Assembly (NCBI RefSeq): GCF_963920885.1
Contig: NZ_CAWUDG010000023.1
Location: forward strand, 1 to 64,000
Length of the DNA: 64,000 nucleotides
Source: Anabaena sp. CCY 0017
Lineage (GTDB): Bacteria > Cyanobacteriota > Cyanobacteriia > Cyanobacteriales > Nostocaceae
Reading direction: 5' to 3'
Shown: one piece after another, positions 47,248-57,985 of the stretch
Position numbering within the stretch: the first letter of the stretch is position 1
Layout: the number at the start of each line of letters is the position of its first letter
The notes under the pieces: generated by a model
Seen by the model: the letters and a program-made list of their open reading frames with translations, nothing else
Databases searched by the model: none
What the model was told of the DNA's origin: nothing
Made by a program: the position numbers and the translations under genes

Positions 47248-49200
47248 TTAACCTATTTCTTTGTTGCTTTGGTTGGGGGTTGGTTTTGGGTTATGAACTA
47301 AGGAAAGATTGTTGTTTGTGTCAGTTGTTATTGGGTGATTACTACGGACTAATTGGCTAATTTGACCGATTAATTCGCCTAATTTACCTTCATCAAGTAA
47401 CGTATTAATTAAGGAAAGCCCACTGGTAGATAGCATGAGTTTGTTAATATCTTGAGCGCCATTACTGCCATTTGCACCAGGGAATGAGTAAATCCGGGTA
47501 TCTCCTAAAACTCCCGGTTGTGGGGCTAGGGCTGTGAGGATTTCTGGGAGTTTAGCAGCTAATTCTGGCCAAATTGTAGTCAGCATTTGGGCTGTAAGGT
47601 TGGCGCTACTGATTGTATTTTCGGCGGCGATTTTGACTTTTAGGGCTTCTGCTTCTGCTAAAACTTTATCGCGGTTAGCGGATGCGATGATCCGAATGGC
47701 CTCTGCTTCTAATTCTGCGGCTTCTTGGGCGATTTCAGCTTGACGGCGACGGCGGAAGGCATCGATTTCGACAACGTTGCGATCGCTTATACTGCGTTGT
47801 TGGGCTTCTCTTTCGGCTGCAATTGTCGATAACCGCTTGTTACGTTCGGCTTTTTCAATTTCCCCGGCTGTATTCACAGCTTCTTCGGCTGTGGCTTGTG
47901 CTGCTTGGGCGAGGAAGCTTTCACGTCTTTTCGCAGAAATAGCAATCTCTAAATCTTCTTGAGCAATTCGTGCTAGTTTTTCTGACTCGACTATCTCCAC
48001 TTGAGCTTTGAGTCTACCAGCATCTACCTTCTGTTTACGGGAAATTTCGGCAATTTCTGCTTCCTGCTTTTGCAGTGATTGTGACACCTTTAAATGTTTA
48101 TTGCGTTCGTCTAGAGCAATATCGGCTTCAATTTGGCTTTGTTGCAAAGATAATTTTCGGCGAATTTCTTCTTCTTCAACTGATCTTTCTTGCAAAATTC
48201 TACTGCGTTGAATCGCTGCGGCTTCTTTATCTTTTGCTTCTTGGATTTCCCGTTCTCGCTGTGCCTTGAGTGCCTCTACTTGAAACTTTTGCTCTAATTT
48301 AGCACTTTCTTGTTCTTGGGCAATTTGTAGCGATCGCTTTTGAGCATCTAGTTCTTTTTGCTCAATTGCTACTTGACTTGTTAATTCAACTTCTCGTTTT
48401 TGTTGAATTGAACGCTGAATAATTTCTGTTCTTAAACGCACACCTTGAGCATCAAAGAAACTATCAGGATCGTATGTAACACTTTCTAAAATTTCCGAGA
48501 TGGCAATATTATTGAGAGTTAACCCCACTTTTTTCAAATCTGAACCCATTAAATTCAAAACTTCTTGAGCAAAACCCAATTTATCAGAATCAATTTCGGC
48601 TATTTCTTTGGTTTTAGCTGCGGCTCTAATAGCATCATCTGCCCGTTTGTCTAAGGCGTTTTTAATGTCATCAGAAGTAATTATTGTACCACTTTGAGAT
48701 AATTTTGCTGCTGCTGTCAAAACATCTTCTTCTGAGGGATTAATACACACATAAAATGTGACTCTAATATCTGCTCTTAGATAATCTTTAGTCCGCACTG
48801 CCATTTTCCCAGTGCGTTCTACATCAATAGAAATTTCTCGCAAAGGTACACGGGTGAGTTGATGAAATCCCGGTAATACAATACAACCACCATAAAGAAT
48901 TACCGATTTCTTTTTGGTAAACAAACCCCCAGTTCTGACAAAAGCCTCGTTATTGGGTGTGACTACATAAATTCTGGTGTAAGCATATAAGCTTGCTAAA
49001 AGCAAGAAAACTAAAGCAACAATAATTCCTGGTAAGACTAAGCCATTATTGATTTGAGCGATAGTAGGCTGAAATGTGACTGGTGAAATACTTTGAGCGA
49101 GTGTTCTAGTTTGCTGCTGTTTTGGTTGTAACTGAATTGTGGGAATTTCCGATACAGGAATAGTTGGTAAAGACTGGATAAAAGTTAACCAAAATAACAT
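47248..49200 (-). CDS. flotillin-like SPFH protein (YqiK/FloT-like)
   Basis: N-terminal TM helix, then SPFH domain (VVTPNNEAFVRTGG...ISIDVER...KDYLRADIRVTFYV). About 300 aa of E/A/Q/R-rich coiled-coil (EA-repeat) region and a C-terminal tail follow. Confidence 0.85.
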   Translation of the reverse strand: MLFWLTFIQSLPTIPVSEIPTIQLQPKQQQTRTLAQSISPVTFQPTIAQINNGLVLPGIIVALVFLLLASLYAYTRIYVVTPNNEAFVRTGGLFTKKKSVILYGGCIVLPGFHQLTRVPLREISIDVERTGKMAVRTKDYLRADIRVTFYVCINPSEEDVLTAAAKLSQSGTIITSDDIKNALDKRADDAIRAAAKTKEIAEIDSDKLGFAQEVLNLMGSDLKKVGLTLNNIAISEILESVTYDPDSFFDAQGVRLRTEIIQRSIQQKREVELTSQVAIEQKELDAQKRSLQIAQEQESAKLEQKFQVEALKAQREREIQEAKDKEAAAIQRSRILQERSVEEEEIRRKLSLQQSQIEADIALDERNKHLKVSQSLQKQEAEIAEISRKQKVDAGRLKAQVEIVESEKLARIAQEDLEIAISAKRRESFLAQAAQATAEEAVNTAGEIEKAERNKRLSTIAAEREAQQRSISDRNVVEIDAFRRRRQAEIAQEAAELEAEAIRIIASANRDKVLAEAEALKVKIAAENTISSANLTAQMLTTIWPELAAKLPEILTALAPQPGVLGDTRIYSFPGANGSNGAQDINKLMLSTSGLSLINTLLDEGKLGELIGQISQLVRSNHPITTDTNNNLSLVHNPKPTPNQSNKEIG

Positions 49201-49219
49201 GATTTTACACCCTAATTAT

Positions 49220-49885
49220 TTAAGTTTTATTTTTCTGGCTGGAGTTAGCTAACCAAAGTTGTTCATCTGTGCTATCTTTGGCAATTACCAGATAATTTTG
49301 CGGTTGATTTTCAATGACAATCACTTCCTCACCACGTTGTGGTGCAATGGTTGCCCATTCTGGTAAAGCGGCACTAATTGTAAGAAAATTACGTTTTGGA
49401 TCTAATACATCTACTTGTCCAATTTTACCTTCAGTTTCACTAGGAATATAAAAAGAACTCACAGTACCAATACAACCAATCAAGCGATCGCTACTGGCAT
49501 CTTCTCCAAAATCTGCAAAAAGTTTACCAATTATTTCTGCGATAAATCTTCCCACTAATAAACTGAGAATTAACGAGACTAATAATACAATAATTCTAAC
49601 CAATGCACTGAAACCACCATTAATTATTCCACTCCCTAAAGTATTTAATATCAGTCCAAAAACGCCCCACAAACTCAAATCTGCTGCTAGTAATAAGATG
49701 AGCGGAGCCTTACCAATACCTAGCCATCCCAATGCTTGAACAAAGCTGAAATTTGCATCGGTATCCGCATCAAATTCGGCATCTGCATCTGCATCTTCCC
49801 CACCGGAGATAATCACAAACAGAAACAGCACTACTCCCATTCCCAGGAATATCCAATAAGGCAAGTTGGCGGGACTAAACAGCAT
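49220..49885 (-). CDS. NfeD-like membrane protein (YuaF-like), upstream partner of flotillin
   Basis: N-terminal TM helices and a C-terminal OB-fold-like beta domain (GKIGQVDVLDPKRNFLTISAALPEWATIAPQRGEEVIVIEN). 19 nt separate it from the flotillin start, the conserved nfeD-floT arrangement. Confidence 0.55.
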   Translation of the reverse strand: MLFSPANLPYWIFLGMGVVLFLFVIISGGEDADADAEFDADTDANFSFVQALGWLGIGKAPLILLLAADLSLWGVFGLILNTLGSGIINGGFSALVRIIVLLVSLILSLLVGRFIAEIIGKLFADFGEDASSDRLIGCIGTVSSFYIPSETEGKIGQVDVLDPKRNFLTISAALPEWATIAPQRGEEVIVIENQPQNYLVIAKDSTDEQLWLANSSQKNKT

Positions 49886-50238
49886 AAAAGTTTGTTCCTG
49901 CTATGTATTTAGCAGTGGTGCTACACTAAATTATTATGGTTATCAAAATTACACCTGTCCAGGCAACATTGTACATTTGATAACTCGGAGTTAATTTTTA
50001 TTTGAATACAAGAAAATATTTATTTATATTTTTTAGGATTTCTACTTAAAAGTTAAGTTGTTTGTAAACCGAATTTATTCGGTGGTGATACAATAAAATG
50101 GTTCGCTAACGCGAGTTAAAATTCCGTGGTGAACAGCTTATGGGCAGGGCGTTGTCCATTGGGCGAGGAACCCTATAAGACGCGCTACGCCTGCAATTAC
50201 TGTTTAAACCCAGAATCTCCCGTCATTTATGCGGGGGA

Positions 50239-52713
50239 GTGTGTCAAAATTCTTTCAGATTCGACATTGAAGCCTTGATCCAATCTGAGACCTTAGAACT
50301 ACTCGAATGGCATCGCCTTTGCCAGCATCTTTCCACATTTGCGGCAACTAAGCTAGGGGCGATCGCATCACTTAATCTGAACATCCCTGCATCTCAAGCA
50401 GCAAGTCAGCAGTTGTTAGCACAAACTAAAGAAGTCTACCAACTGGAAACTCGGACAACAACAGGACTATCTTTTGAAGGGATTCAAGATATTGGTGATT
50501 CCTTAGAACGCGCTGAACTTAGCGGTATTTTAGCAGGGGATGAACTGCTGGCGATCGCTACAACTTTGGCCGGGACAAGAAATTTACGCCGTGTCATTGA
50601 TAACCAAGAAGATTTGCCCACATTAGCGGATTTAGTCGCCGATTTGCGGACTTATCCCGAACTAGAGCAAGAAATACACCGATGTATTGATGAACGAGGC
50701 CAAGTAACCGACCGTGCGAGTCTGAAACTGGGAGAAATTCGCACAGATTTACGTAAAATACGCAGTCAAATTACCAAGAAACTGCAAAATATTTTACAAG
50801 CAAAATCTGGAGCGGTTCAAGAACAGATCATTACGCAACGGGGCGATCGCTATGTCATCCCGGTGAAATTACCCCAAAAAGATGCCATTCCCGGCATTGT
50901 CCATGATACTTCCACCAGTGGTGCGACTCTTTACGTAGAGCCTAATTCGATTGTGCCTTTGGGAAACCAATTGCGGCAGACAATTAGAAGAGAGCAAACA
51001 GAAGAAGAAGCGATTCGCCGCACTCTTACACAAAAAGTAGCAGAAGTCAAGCCAGATTTAGAACGGTTGTTAGCAATTGTGACGACGTTGGATTTAGCCA
51101 CCGCCAGAGCGAGGTATAGTTTCTGGTTAGGAGCAAATCCCCCCAGATTTATCAACCGTGAAGACAATGAAATCATTACCCTGCGCCAATTACGGCATCC
51201 TCTGCTAGTGTGGCAACAGCAACACGAACAGGGTCAAGCTGTGGTTCCTGTGGATTTGCTGATTAGTCCCCATCTGCGGGTAGTAACGATTACCGGACCG
51301 AATACCGGGGGTAAAACAGTCACTTTAAAAACCCTCGCTTTAGCAGCATTAATGGCCAAGGTAGGGTTATTTGTTTCCGCCCGTGAACCTGTAGAAATAC
51401 CTTGGTTTGAGCAGGTATTAGCTGATATTGGTGATGAACAATCCTTACAGCAAAGTTTATCGACATTTTCTGGACATATTCGCCGAATTAGTCGAATTTT
51501 GAATGCGTTGGATAACGAAGAACAGCCAGAAAATGCTACCCCATCTCCTGCTTGTACAGACGCGATGAATCGCGTCTCTAGCAACGCACTCGTCCTCCTG
51601 GATGAAGTCGGGGCGGGAACTGATCCAGTAGAAGGTAGTGCTTTAGCGATCGCCTTGTTGCAATATCTCGCCAATCATGCCCAGCTAACCATTGCCACAA
51701 CTCACTTTGGTGAATTGAAAGCGCTGAAATATGAAGATGAGCGATTTGAAAATGCTTCTGTAGAATTTGATGAAAGTACCCTTTCGCCTACCTATCGTTT
51801 ATTGTGGGGCATTCCTGGACGTTCCAACGCCTTGACAATTGCCCGGCGTTTGGGTTTAAAACCAGAAGTGGTGACACAGGCTAAAACTCAGGTAGGAGGG
51901 GCTACAGACGAAGTTAACCAGGTGATTGCTGGGTTAGAAGCACAACGCCGCCGCCAAGAAACTAAAGCGGCGGAAGCTCAAAGTTTGTTGCAGCAAGCGG
52001 AACGTTTATACAAAGAAGTTTCGGCAAAATCTGATGCTTTGCAGGAACGGGAAAAAGCTTTGCGGGCTGATCAGGAAGTAGCAGTACAGCAAGCGATCGC
52101 TCAAGCTAAAGGTGAAATTGCCCAAGTGATTCGCCGTTTGCAAAAAGGCACACCAAAAGCCCAAGATGCCCAACAAGCCACTGATGCGTTAAATCAAATT
52201 TCCCAAAAATATCAGCCAAAGGTAGCACCAAAGCCCAAAGTCGGGTTTATGCCCAAAGTAGGCGATCGCGTCCGGCTTTCCCAGTTTGGGCAAACAGCAG
52301 ACGTTTTAACCGCCCCCGATGCTGATGGTGAATTTAGCGTCCGTTTTGGCATCATGAAAATGACCGTAAAGCTGGAAGACATCGAATCTTTGGATGGTCA
52401 GAAACCTGAACCAGTTGTTAAACAAAAGCCAGCCCCAGCCCCAATTACTCAACCCGAACAAAGCGCCCCTGTGATTCGCACCTCTCGAAATACAGTGGAT
52501 TTGCGTGGGAAACGGGTAGCTGATTCGGAGATTATTTTAGACAAAGCAATCTCGGAAGCCACAGGCCCCTTATGGATTATTCACGGACATGGAACCGGGA
52601 AGTTGCGCCAAGGAGTTCACGCCTTTTTGCACCAACACCCCAGAGTTAGCCACCATGAACCCGCAGAACAGGCAGATGGTGGCAGTGGTGTCACTATTGC
52701 CAATATTAAATAA
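50239..52713 (+). CDS. mutS2: endonuclease MutS2 (MutS domain + C-terminal Smr)
   Basis: Walker A GPNTGGKTVTLKTL and Walker B LVLLDEVGAGTD. The C-terminal Smr domain (VDLRGKRVADSEIILDKAISEA...IIHGHGTGKLRQGV) is present. Confidence 0.9.
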   Translation: MCQNSFRFDIEALIQSETLELLEWHRLCQHLSTFAATKLGAIASLNLNIPASQAASQQLLAQTKEVYQLETRTTTGLSFEGIQDIGDSLERAELSGILAGDELLAIATTLAGTRNLRRVIDNQEDLPTLADLVADLRTYPELEQEIHRCIDERGQVTDRASLKLGEIRTDLRKIRSQITKKLQNILQAKSGAVQEQIITQRGDRYVIPVKLPQKDAIPGIVHDTSTSGATLYVEPNSIVPLGNQLRQTIRREQTEEEAIRRTLTQKVAEVKPDLERLLAIVTTLDLATARARYSFWLGANPPRFINREDNEIITLRQLRHPLLVWQQQHEQGQAVVPVDLLISPHLRVVTITGPNTGGKTVTLKTLALAALMAKVGLFVSAREPVEIPWFEQVLADIGDEQSLQQSLSTFSGHIRRISRILNALDNEEQPENATPSPACTDAMNRVSSNALVLLDEVGAGTDPVEGSALAIALLQYLANHAQLTIATTHFGELKALKYEDERFENASVEFDESTLSPTYRLLWGIPGRSNALTIARRLGLKPEVVTQAKTQVGGATDEVNQVIAGLEAQRRRQETKAAEAQSLLQQAERLYKEVSAKSDALQEREKALRADQEVAVQQAIAQAKGEIAQVIRRLQKGTPKAQDAQQATDALNQISQKYQPKVAPKPKVGFMPKVGDRVRLSQFGQTADVLTAPDADGEFSVRFGIMKMTVKLEDIESLDGQKPEPVVKQKPAPAPITQPEQSAPVIRTSRNTVDLRGKRVADSEIILDKAISEATGPLWIIHGHGTGKLRQGVHAFLHQHPRVSHHEPAEQADGGSGVTIANIK

Positions 52714-52764
52714 AGTGGCAATAAATATCACAATCACAGATTACTAGATTGTTAATGTCTATTT

Positions 52765-52866
52765 ATAGCAACCGTCATATCGGTTAGAACAGTGTTGATG
52801 GCTCAAAAGCTGAATGCAAATGGGTTTATACTCAGCACTTAGCACTCAGCAATCAGCACTTTGCTA
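52765..52866. repeat. about-100-nt conserved intergenic element (copy B of 44541-44620) with AGCACT iterations
   Basis: See copy A. Additional AGCACTNAGCACTCAGCAATCAGCACT iterations are present here. Confidence 0.35.
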
Positions 52867-53168
52867 TACTAATTACCTGAGTATTTAAAGTAATTAACAA
52901 TTAGATATTAACTAAATTTAGTAATGTTTATTTATACATTTCTACTGAAATCATAGTTTTCTGGGGGAAGAGATTAATCACTTTTATCAAGTAAATTTCT
53001 TGAAAATAAATTTTCATCTAGTAGAGTAAGACAAAGACTATTGCTGTTTACCAAAATGAGCAAAGCTTGCGGCAGCTTCTAGCTAATAGCGATGGGAACC
53101 CAACCTTGATATTTCAGAGTCTGGTTTCAAAATGGGTAACAGCAACAGCCCCTACAGCCTGATCACCT

Positions 53169-53774
53169 ATGCTAAAAGTTATGCACTCGGCCGCCGATTC
53201 AGCCACACCAAATCCCCAGTGGGCGGATTTAATTAAGCTTCCAGCCCCAAACACAGTGGAATGGGACAACATCAAAACCCAATTAGACTTGGTGCTGTTG
53301 GCGCTAGAAACTTTCACTGGTATTGGTTCCGAGGCCATGCTGTCTGCGGCAATTAATCTGAATTTAGAGTCAAGAGTGCCAGACCGGGTAGCTTTATGGC
53401 GCTTGCGTCAGTCTAATCCTTTGCGTAAAGGTCAAGGTGGGCGAAAAAAGCTAGATGTGGAAGAAGCGCGATCGCTTGTTCTCATTACCTGCTACCTCGC
53501 CAAACAGCACCAGGAATTGATTCGCCGTGCTGTTGGTCTACTCGAACAAATGGCGGAAAAGAAGCGGGAACCTCATCAGGTTGCCTTACTTGGAGATTAC
53601 ATCGATGCTTTTTGCAATACTTACCAAGAACGGATGGAAGACGACGACCAAATAACCACGGATCTACTTACCCACTTGGCCCTAAAGCTGCTTGTAGATT
53701 TATTGTTTTACAGTGCGCCTGGTGGACATCGCCGTTTCTGGCTAGCACTCATAGACAGTTCTGCAAAATTTTAG
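53169..53774 (+). CDS. conserved cyanobacterial hypothetical protein
   Basis: 201-aa ORF with coding-like composition and no recognisable catalytic motif. It lies immediately upstream of a second hypothetical on the same strand. Confidence 0.5.
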   Translation: MLKVMHSAADSATPNPQWADLIKLPAPNTVEWDNIKTQLDLVLLALETFTGIGSEAMLSAAINLNLESRVPDRVALWRLRQSNPLRKGQGGRKKLDVEEARSLVLITCYLAKQHQELIRRAVGLLEQMAEKKREPHQVALLGDYIDAFCNTYQERMEDDDQITTDLLTHLALKLLVDLLFYSAPGGHRRFWLALIDSSAKF

Positions 53775-53801
53775 ATAATCGTCTCCCTCGCCGTTTCTGC
53801 C

Positions 53802-55421
53802 ATGCCATCATTAAATTCTGTCATTCGACGTTACACACCACCAACTTGTACCTTAGAAATATTGGCGCAAAGTTCACCTTTATCCCAGTGGATGGGAAAA
53901 ACGGTGATCAAACAGTTAACCTTTGAACTCCACTTTGACGACCCCCAATTACCAGACGAAAGTAAAATTCCCATTCGGGGTGATAGAGATCAACTAGAAA
54001 TGTTGTGTGATGTTGTCACCAGCTATGTACAAGAATTTCTTCAACAACCCCCAGATAACTTTTGGCTCAGTCTTTGTGAACCCCAAGATTCTAGTAAAGT
54101 ATCTGATAATTCCGAGTTCACAGATTTTCAGCCATCTTTACAACCAACCATTAAAAATCTTAAATCCTTTACAGCGCAAACAGAGAACAAAATCTACTTA
54201 GAAACAGGCAGTTATTTAACTCACAATCTGTTTCTTGGCTCCCTCGCTAACGAAATCTCTGGTTCTGTAATTCAACTCAGTCTTTTGCAACTATTCGATT
54301 TAGCAACCGCTTTAGACGAATATTCTGCTGATGTCATGGCTTTACCAAATCTCCATAACAATAATAAAGTTCTACGATTACCTGCTTGGTCTCCTATTGC
54401 CGCAGTCATGGTTTTAGGTATAGGTTTATTACCAATAACTTTGCAGTTTGCCAACAATAACAGGCAAAATCAACCACAAATAGCGGCAACATCAGACTCA
54501 GAAGCGGCGAACACTGCCCTAGAACCCTCAGCGTCTCTCGATGTTCCCCCATCGCCACGGGGATTTACACCCCCAGATAATTTGACATCGTTACCGCTTC
54601 CAGGTGCAGACTCTCAATTTCCTACCGCTAGTTTCCCTCAACAGCCCTCGACAGCACCTAATTCGAGTCTCTTTACAAATTCCGCCTCATCCTTACCATC
54701 TCAAGAAGATCCACTATCTATATTTGAGACCAAAATCCCCAACATAGACAGCAATTCACGCAGTATAGCCTCTACAAGAATTCCCGAACAGCAACTTACT
54801 ATTCAGCCCAATAGCCAGACAGACCTCACAGGCTCAATTCCTCAGAGTGAAACTGCGATCCCCCAAAGGCGGACTTTACCACCCAGCCTATCTGCTAACC
54901 CAGACACATCACTCAGTAGCTCATCAGTTCCCTTGTCTGTGTCCACGAATCCCAATCAAAATAGGAGGCAGACTTCTTCTTCATCTGACCCACGCATCCA
55001 GATACAGCAAATAGAAGAAGCAATGAAGTCTTCTGTAAATGTCGCAACTGAGGCAGATCAGAATGCCTTAGTTAGTAGATTAAGTAATGAACGCGTCAAG
55101 CCGCAATCAGAAGAATTTACCTCTGCTCCGACTTTGTTTGACACACCTCAAGTAGCAGAAGCTAGAGAAATTTTTACAAAACGCTGGCAGCCCCCGACTG
55201 GATTCACACAAACATTAGAATATAGTTTAATGGTGGGTATTGATGGTAAAATTGAAAGAATATATCCTCTAAATCAGGCAGCAAGAACATTTGTTGAAAA
55301 TGTGGGAATGCCTGAAATTGGTCAACCCTTTGTTTCTGCCAATAAATATGGGCAAAATATCAGAATTCGAGTTGTTCTCGGTCCTGATGGTAGGGTTCAA
55401 ACATTCCCTGAAAGTGAATAG
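53802..55421 (+). CDS. conserved hypothetical with a long Pro/Ser/Thr/Gln-rich low-complexity linker
   Basis: 539 aa. Structured N-terminal region (about 200 aa) and C-terminal region (about 120 aa) are separated by a P/S/T/Q-rich disordered segment. One TM-like segment (IAAVMVLGIGLLPITL) is present. Confidence 0.5.
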   Translation: MPSLNSVIRRYTPPTCTLEILAQSSPLSQWMGKTVIKQLTFELHFDDPQLPDESKIPIRGDRDQLEMLCDVVTSYVQEFLQQPPDNFWLSLCEPQDSSKVSDNSEFTDFQPSLQPTIKNLKSFTAQTENKIYLETGSYLTHNLFLGSLANEISGSVIQLSLLQLFDLATALDEYSADVMALPNLHNNNKVLRLPAWSPIAAVMVLGIGLLPITLQFANNNRQNQPQIAATSDSEAANTALEPSASLDVPPSPRGFTPPDNLTSLPLPGADSQFPTASFPQQPSTAPNSSLFTNSASSLPSQEDPLSIFETKIPNIDSNSRSIASTRIPEQQLTIQPNSQTDLTGSIPQSETAIPQRRTLPPSLSANPDTSLSSSSVPLSVSTNPNQNRRQTSSSSDPRIQIQQIEEAMKSSVNVATEADQNALVSRLSNERVKPQSEEFTSAPTLFDTPQVAEAREIFTKRWQPPTGFTQTLEYSLMVGIDGKIERIYPLNQAARTFVENVGMPEIGQPFVSANKYGQNIRIRVVLGPDGRVQTFPESE

Positions 55422-55657
55422 AATCCCCAATTTGTAGTGGACTGACAAGCCTAAAATAGTGCATTAAACGTAGGTTGGGTTAAGCGCAGCGCAACCAAAC
55501 GCTGCCAATATAGGAAAGTCCTGAGTAAAAACCAAGTAGGGGCGGGTTTACAGATATGCTCAATTACTAATAATAATTTTAATAAGCCCGCCCTTACATC
55601 AAGGCTTTCAGCAATCAAAAATCTCCTAACCTCCTTGGCGGTTGCTATAAATAGACC

Positions 55658-55706
55658 ACACTGTAGGGGCGCAAGGACTTGCGCCCCTACAGTGTGGTTC
55701 AAATAT
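55658..55706. repeat. palindromic dispersed repeat (second copy of TAGGGGCGCAAG...CTTGCGCCCCTACAG + TGTGGTTCAAATA)
   Basis: CTGTAGGGGCGCAAGGACTTGCGCCCCTACAG, a 14-bp stem. Compare 26312-26360. Confidence 0.55.
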
Positions 55707-55803
55707 ATAAAAACTGGCACTCAGCACTTTTTTATATCAGGTAGGGATTTCTATCTCCACCTGATACAAGATAGCCTATGAAAGGTTTTCTAATTACGAA
55801 TTA

Positions 55804-56262
55804 TTAATGGGGTTTTTGGTTTTTTAACTTTTGTTTTTTACGTCGCCGTTCAGCAGCATATACAGCCTGTTCAACTGGATAGCCTGCAATAGGTATAGCC
55901 TGATATTTACGTTCTTCTTCTAACTTTTTCAGTTCGGTGTAATCAACCCAATGGATGCAATCGACTGGACAAGTATCAATTGCTTCTTGGATGATATCCT
56001 CCCCGTCACCATCTTGGCGAATCACACGCGATCGCCCATAATCTGGTTCAATGTAGAAGGTGTTACGTGCCACATGAGCGCAGTGTAAGCAGCCAATACA
56101 GGTGATTTCGTCAACGTAAACACCCTTCTGACGCTCAATACCACCCAATTCCGGCTCTAAACCAGAGCGTTCTGGGTCATCTCGTAAGAAGCCACCTAAC
56201 TCTGGTTCCAAACCGTTCTGGTTGTCTTCTGGTTCTGACTGCGAGGGCAAAAAATCAGCCAT
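55804..56262 (-). CDS. 4Fe-4S ferredoxin-domain protein with N-terminal LEPELGG repeats
   Basis: CIGCLHCAHVA ... CPVDCIHW forms a two-cluster-type Cys motif pair. 152 aa. Confidence 0.7.
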   Translation of the reverse strand: MADFLPSQSEPEDNQNGLEPELGGFLRDDPERSGLEPELGGIERQKGVYVDEITCIGCLHCAHVARNTFYIEPDYGRSRVIRQDGDGEDIIQEAIDTCPVDCIHWVDYTELKKLEEERKYQAIPIAGYPVEQAVYAAERRRKKQKLKNQKPH

Positions 56263-56648
56263 TACGCACTCCAGCGTTGTACTACTAAGCGAATTGAGCC
56301 ATCTTGATTTTTTTCTTGTTCAGTCACTTGAAAGCCTGCGCGAGCAGTTTCTTTCACAACGGACTGATAAGCATAGCGTTGAGTTACTTGGCGTAAGAAG
56401 CCATCGACAGACAAGCCTTGTTGCCAATATTGCAAGTCAGCCACCAACTCATATTCTTTGCCATTCCATCTAAAACCGATGTCATAGCCGTTTTCCTGCT
56501 CAATCGTGACTTCCGCAGGATGAGTTTGACCGCGATAGCCACGGACTTCGCGTGGGCCTGGTCTCCAGTCTATGCCCAATTCTGTTAGAGCATCTTTCAA
56601 AGAATCAAGGTTACGGATTTGAGTTTTAATTTGGCTAAAGTGTGACAT
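56262..56648 (-). CDS. DUF1257 (Ycf35-like) protein
   Basis: 128 aa starting MSHFSQIKTQIRNLDSLKDALTELG, which resembles the conserved Ycf35 N-terminus. The assignment rests on recollection only. Confidence 0.5.
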   Translation of the reverse strand: MSHFSQIKTQIRNLDSLKDALTELGIDWRPGPREVRGYRGQTHPAEVTIEQENGYDIGFRWNGKEYELVADLQYWQQGLSVDGFLRQVTQRYAYQSVVKETARAGFQVTEQEKNQDGSIRLVVQRWSA

Positions 56649-56687
56649 GGCAGTTGTGAATAAATGACACGAAACTTTTAAGAAAAT

Positions 56688-56909
56688 TTACCAATCGCTG
56701 TATGTGGCTTGGGTAGTGGCTACAGCTGATTGTTGCACCTGTGCGGCGAAGAATTCTGAGGTTGGCTGATGACTAAGTACTTGTCCCAGTTGTGCTTCTA
56801 TTGCTGCTGTAACCTCAGCGCAAGAATTGCCCACAATACCAGTGACTGTTTCTTGTACTCGACCGTCTGGATAGATGATGAACTCTAATGTCTCCATGCT
56901 TTTAGCCAA
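56688..56909 (-). CDS. small DUF2997-like protein commonly adjacent to ycf35
   Basis: 73-aa ORF directly upstream of DUF1257 on the same strand. The family assignment is tentative. Confidence 0.4.
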   Translation of the reverse strand: MAKSMETLEFIIYPDGRVQETVTGIVGNSCAEVTAAIEAQLGQVLSHQPTSEFFAAQVQQSAVATTQATYSDW

Positions 56910-57355
56910 CCTTGATAGTACGTTTGAACTTTACTGCCTAAGCAGCAGGCTAAAAATATAGCCATCGGAACATTGTTACTTAGATACAAACTTGCCATTT
57001 GTGAACAAATGTTCCATCTCTCAAAATATATATCTCAGAATCTTTACAAATTTTATTAATATTATAAGCACATACTTCAGTTATTAGTTAGTTTCGCTTA
57101 ACATACTAAATTAGTCAAGCTCACAATTACGCTGCCAAAATCAGCGACAAAAGTCCTCAAAGCAAGCATTAGCAGTAGTTTAGCCAGTTATCCCCTTCAT
57201 AAAAGTATACAATTTATTGAAAAATTTTATCATTACCATTGAATATACACTATTCTTGCCATAGATAGATTCAATCAGGGTTGTTTAACCCACTCGGATT
57301 ATTTCATATATGCGCTACGAGATGCGATCGCCCCACTGATTTTTTTACAAAATAG

Positions 57356-57985
57356 CTAAATAGACTGCAACCACCCTAAAAAATATTTGGTACTGGCGAA
57401 ATATTTTTGTATTCCTGCTGCACCCAATATTTGCTTAATCTCTTTTGTCCCAAAGTCTTTAGAGTTTCCAGTCAACAGAACTTTCTGATCATCTGAAGAG
57501 GTTTTAGCGTGATTAAGAATAGAATGTAAAATTAAGTTATCTGTGGGATCAGGAATAAATTTTTGATTAAGGCTGTCTATAAATATTGATGGTTCTAGAT
57601 TTATTAAATCCACATTATTTGCAGCCCACTTCAAAACTTCAAAAAGGCGATTTTCAATATCATCCGTCATCGCTTCGTTATTAAGTTTGGCAATTTGAAA
57701 AGAACGCAAAATTTCAGCAGAATATTTTGATTTAATATTTCCTTTTAGTTCGTTCCTTTCTTTTTCTAACTTTTCTGTAAAATCATGTCTCCTTCTGCGT
57801 TCATCTGCTAAAACAGAAAGAGACTCCATATAACAAATTGCAGGAGTCAAAATTGTAATATTTGAGATTTCCTCCAACTGTTGAGGATAAATCAAAATTT
57901 CAGCATTTTGATCCTGATTTTTAGCAAAGCTAATAAAAAAATTAGTTTCAATATAAAGTGTAGTCACTAGATTGTATACTCCCAA
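57356..57985 (-). CDS. hypothetical protein with PIN-like acidic-residue pattern (candidate nuclease/toxin)
   Basis: 209 aa. LYIETNFF ... ICYMESLSVLADE ... DPTDNLILHSIL ... LLTGNSKDF resembles the four conserved acidic positions of PIN folds (E replaces the first D). Its start abuts the stop of the upstream ORF (57985/57986). AT-rich codon usage. Confidence 0.4.
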   Translation of the reverse strand: MGVYNLVTTLYIETNFFISFAKNQDQNAEILIYPQQLEEISNITILTPAICYMESLSVLADERRRRHDFTEKLEKERNELKGNIKSKYSAEILRSFQIAKLNNEAMTDDIENRLFEVLKWAANNVDLINLEPSIFIDSLNQKFIPDPTDNLILHSILNHAKTSSDDQKVLLTGNSKDFGTKEIKQILGAAGIQKYFASTKYFLGWLQSI

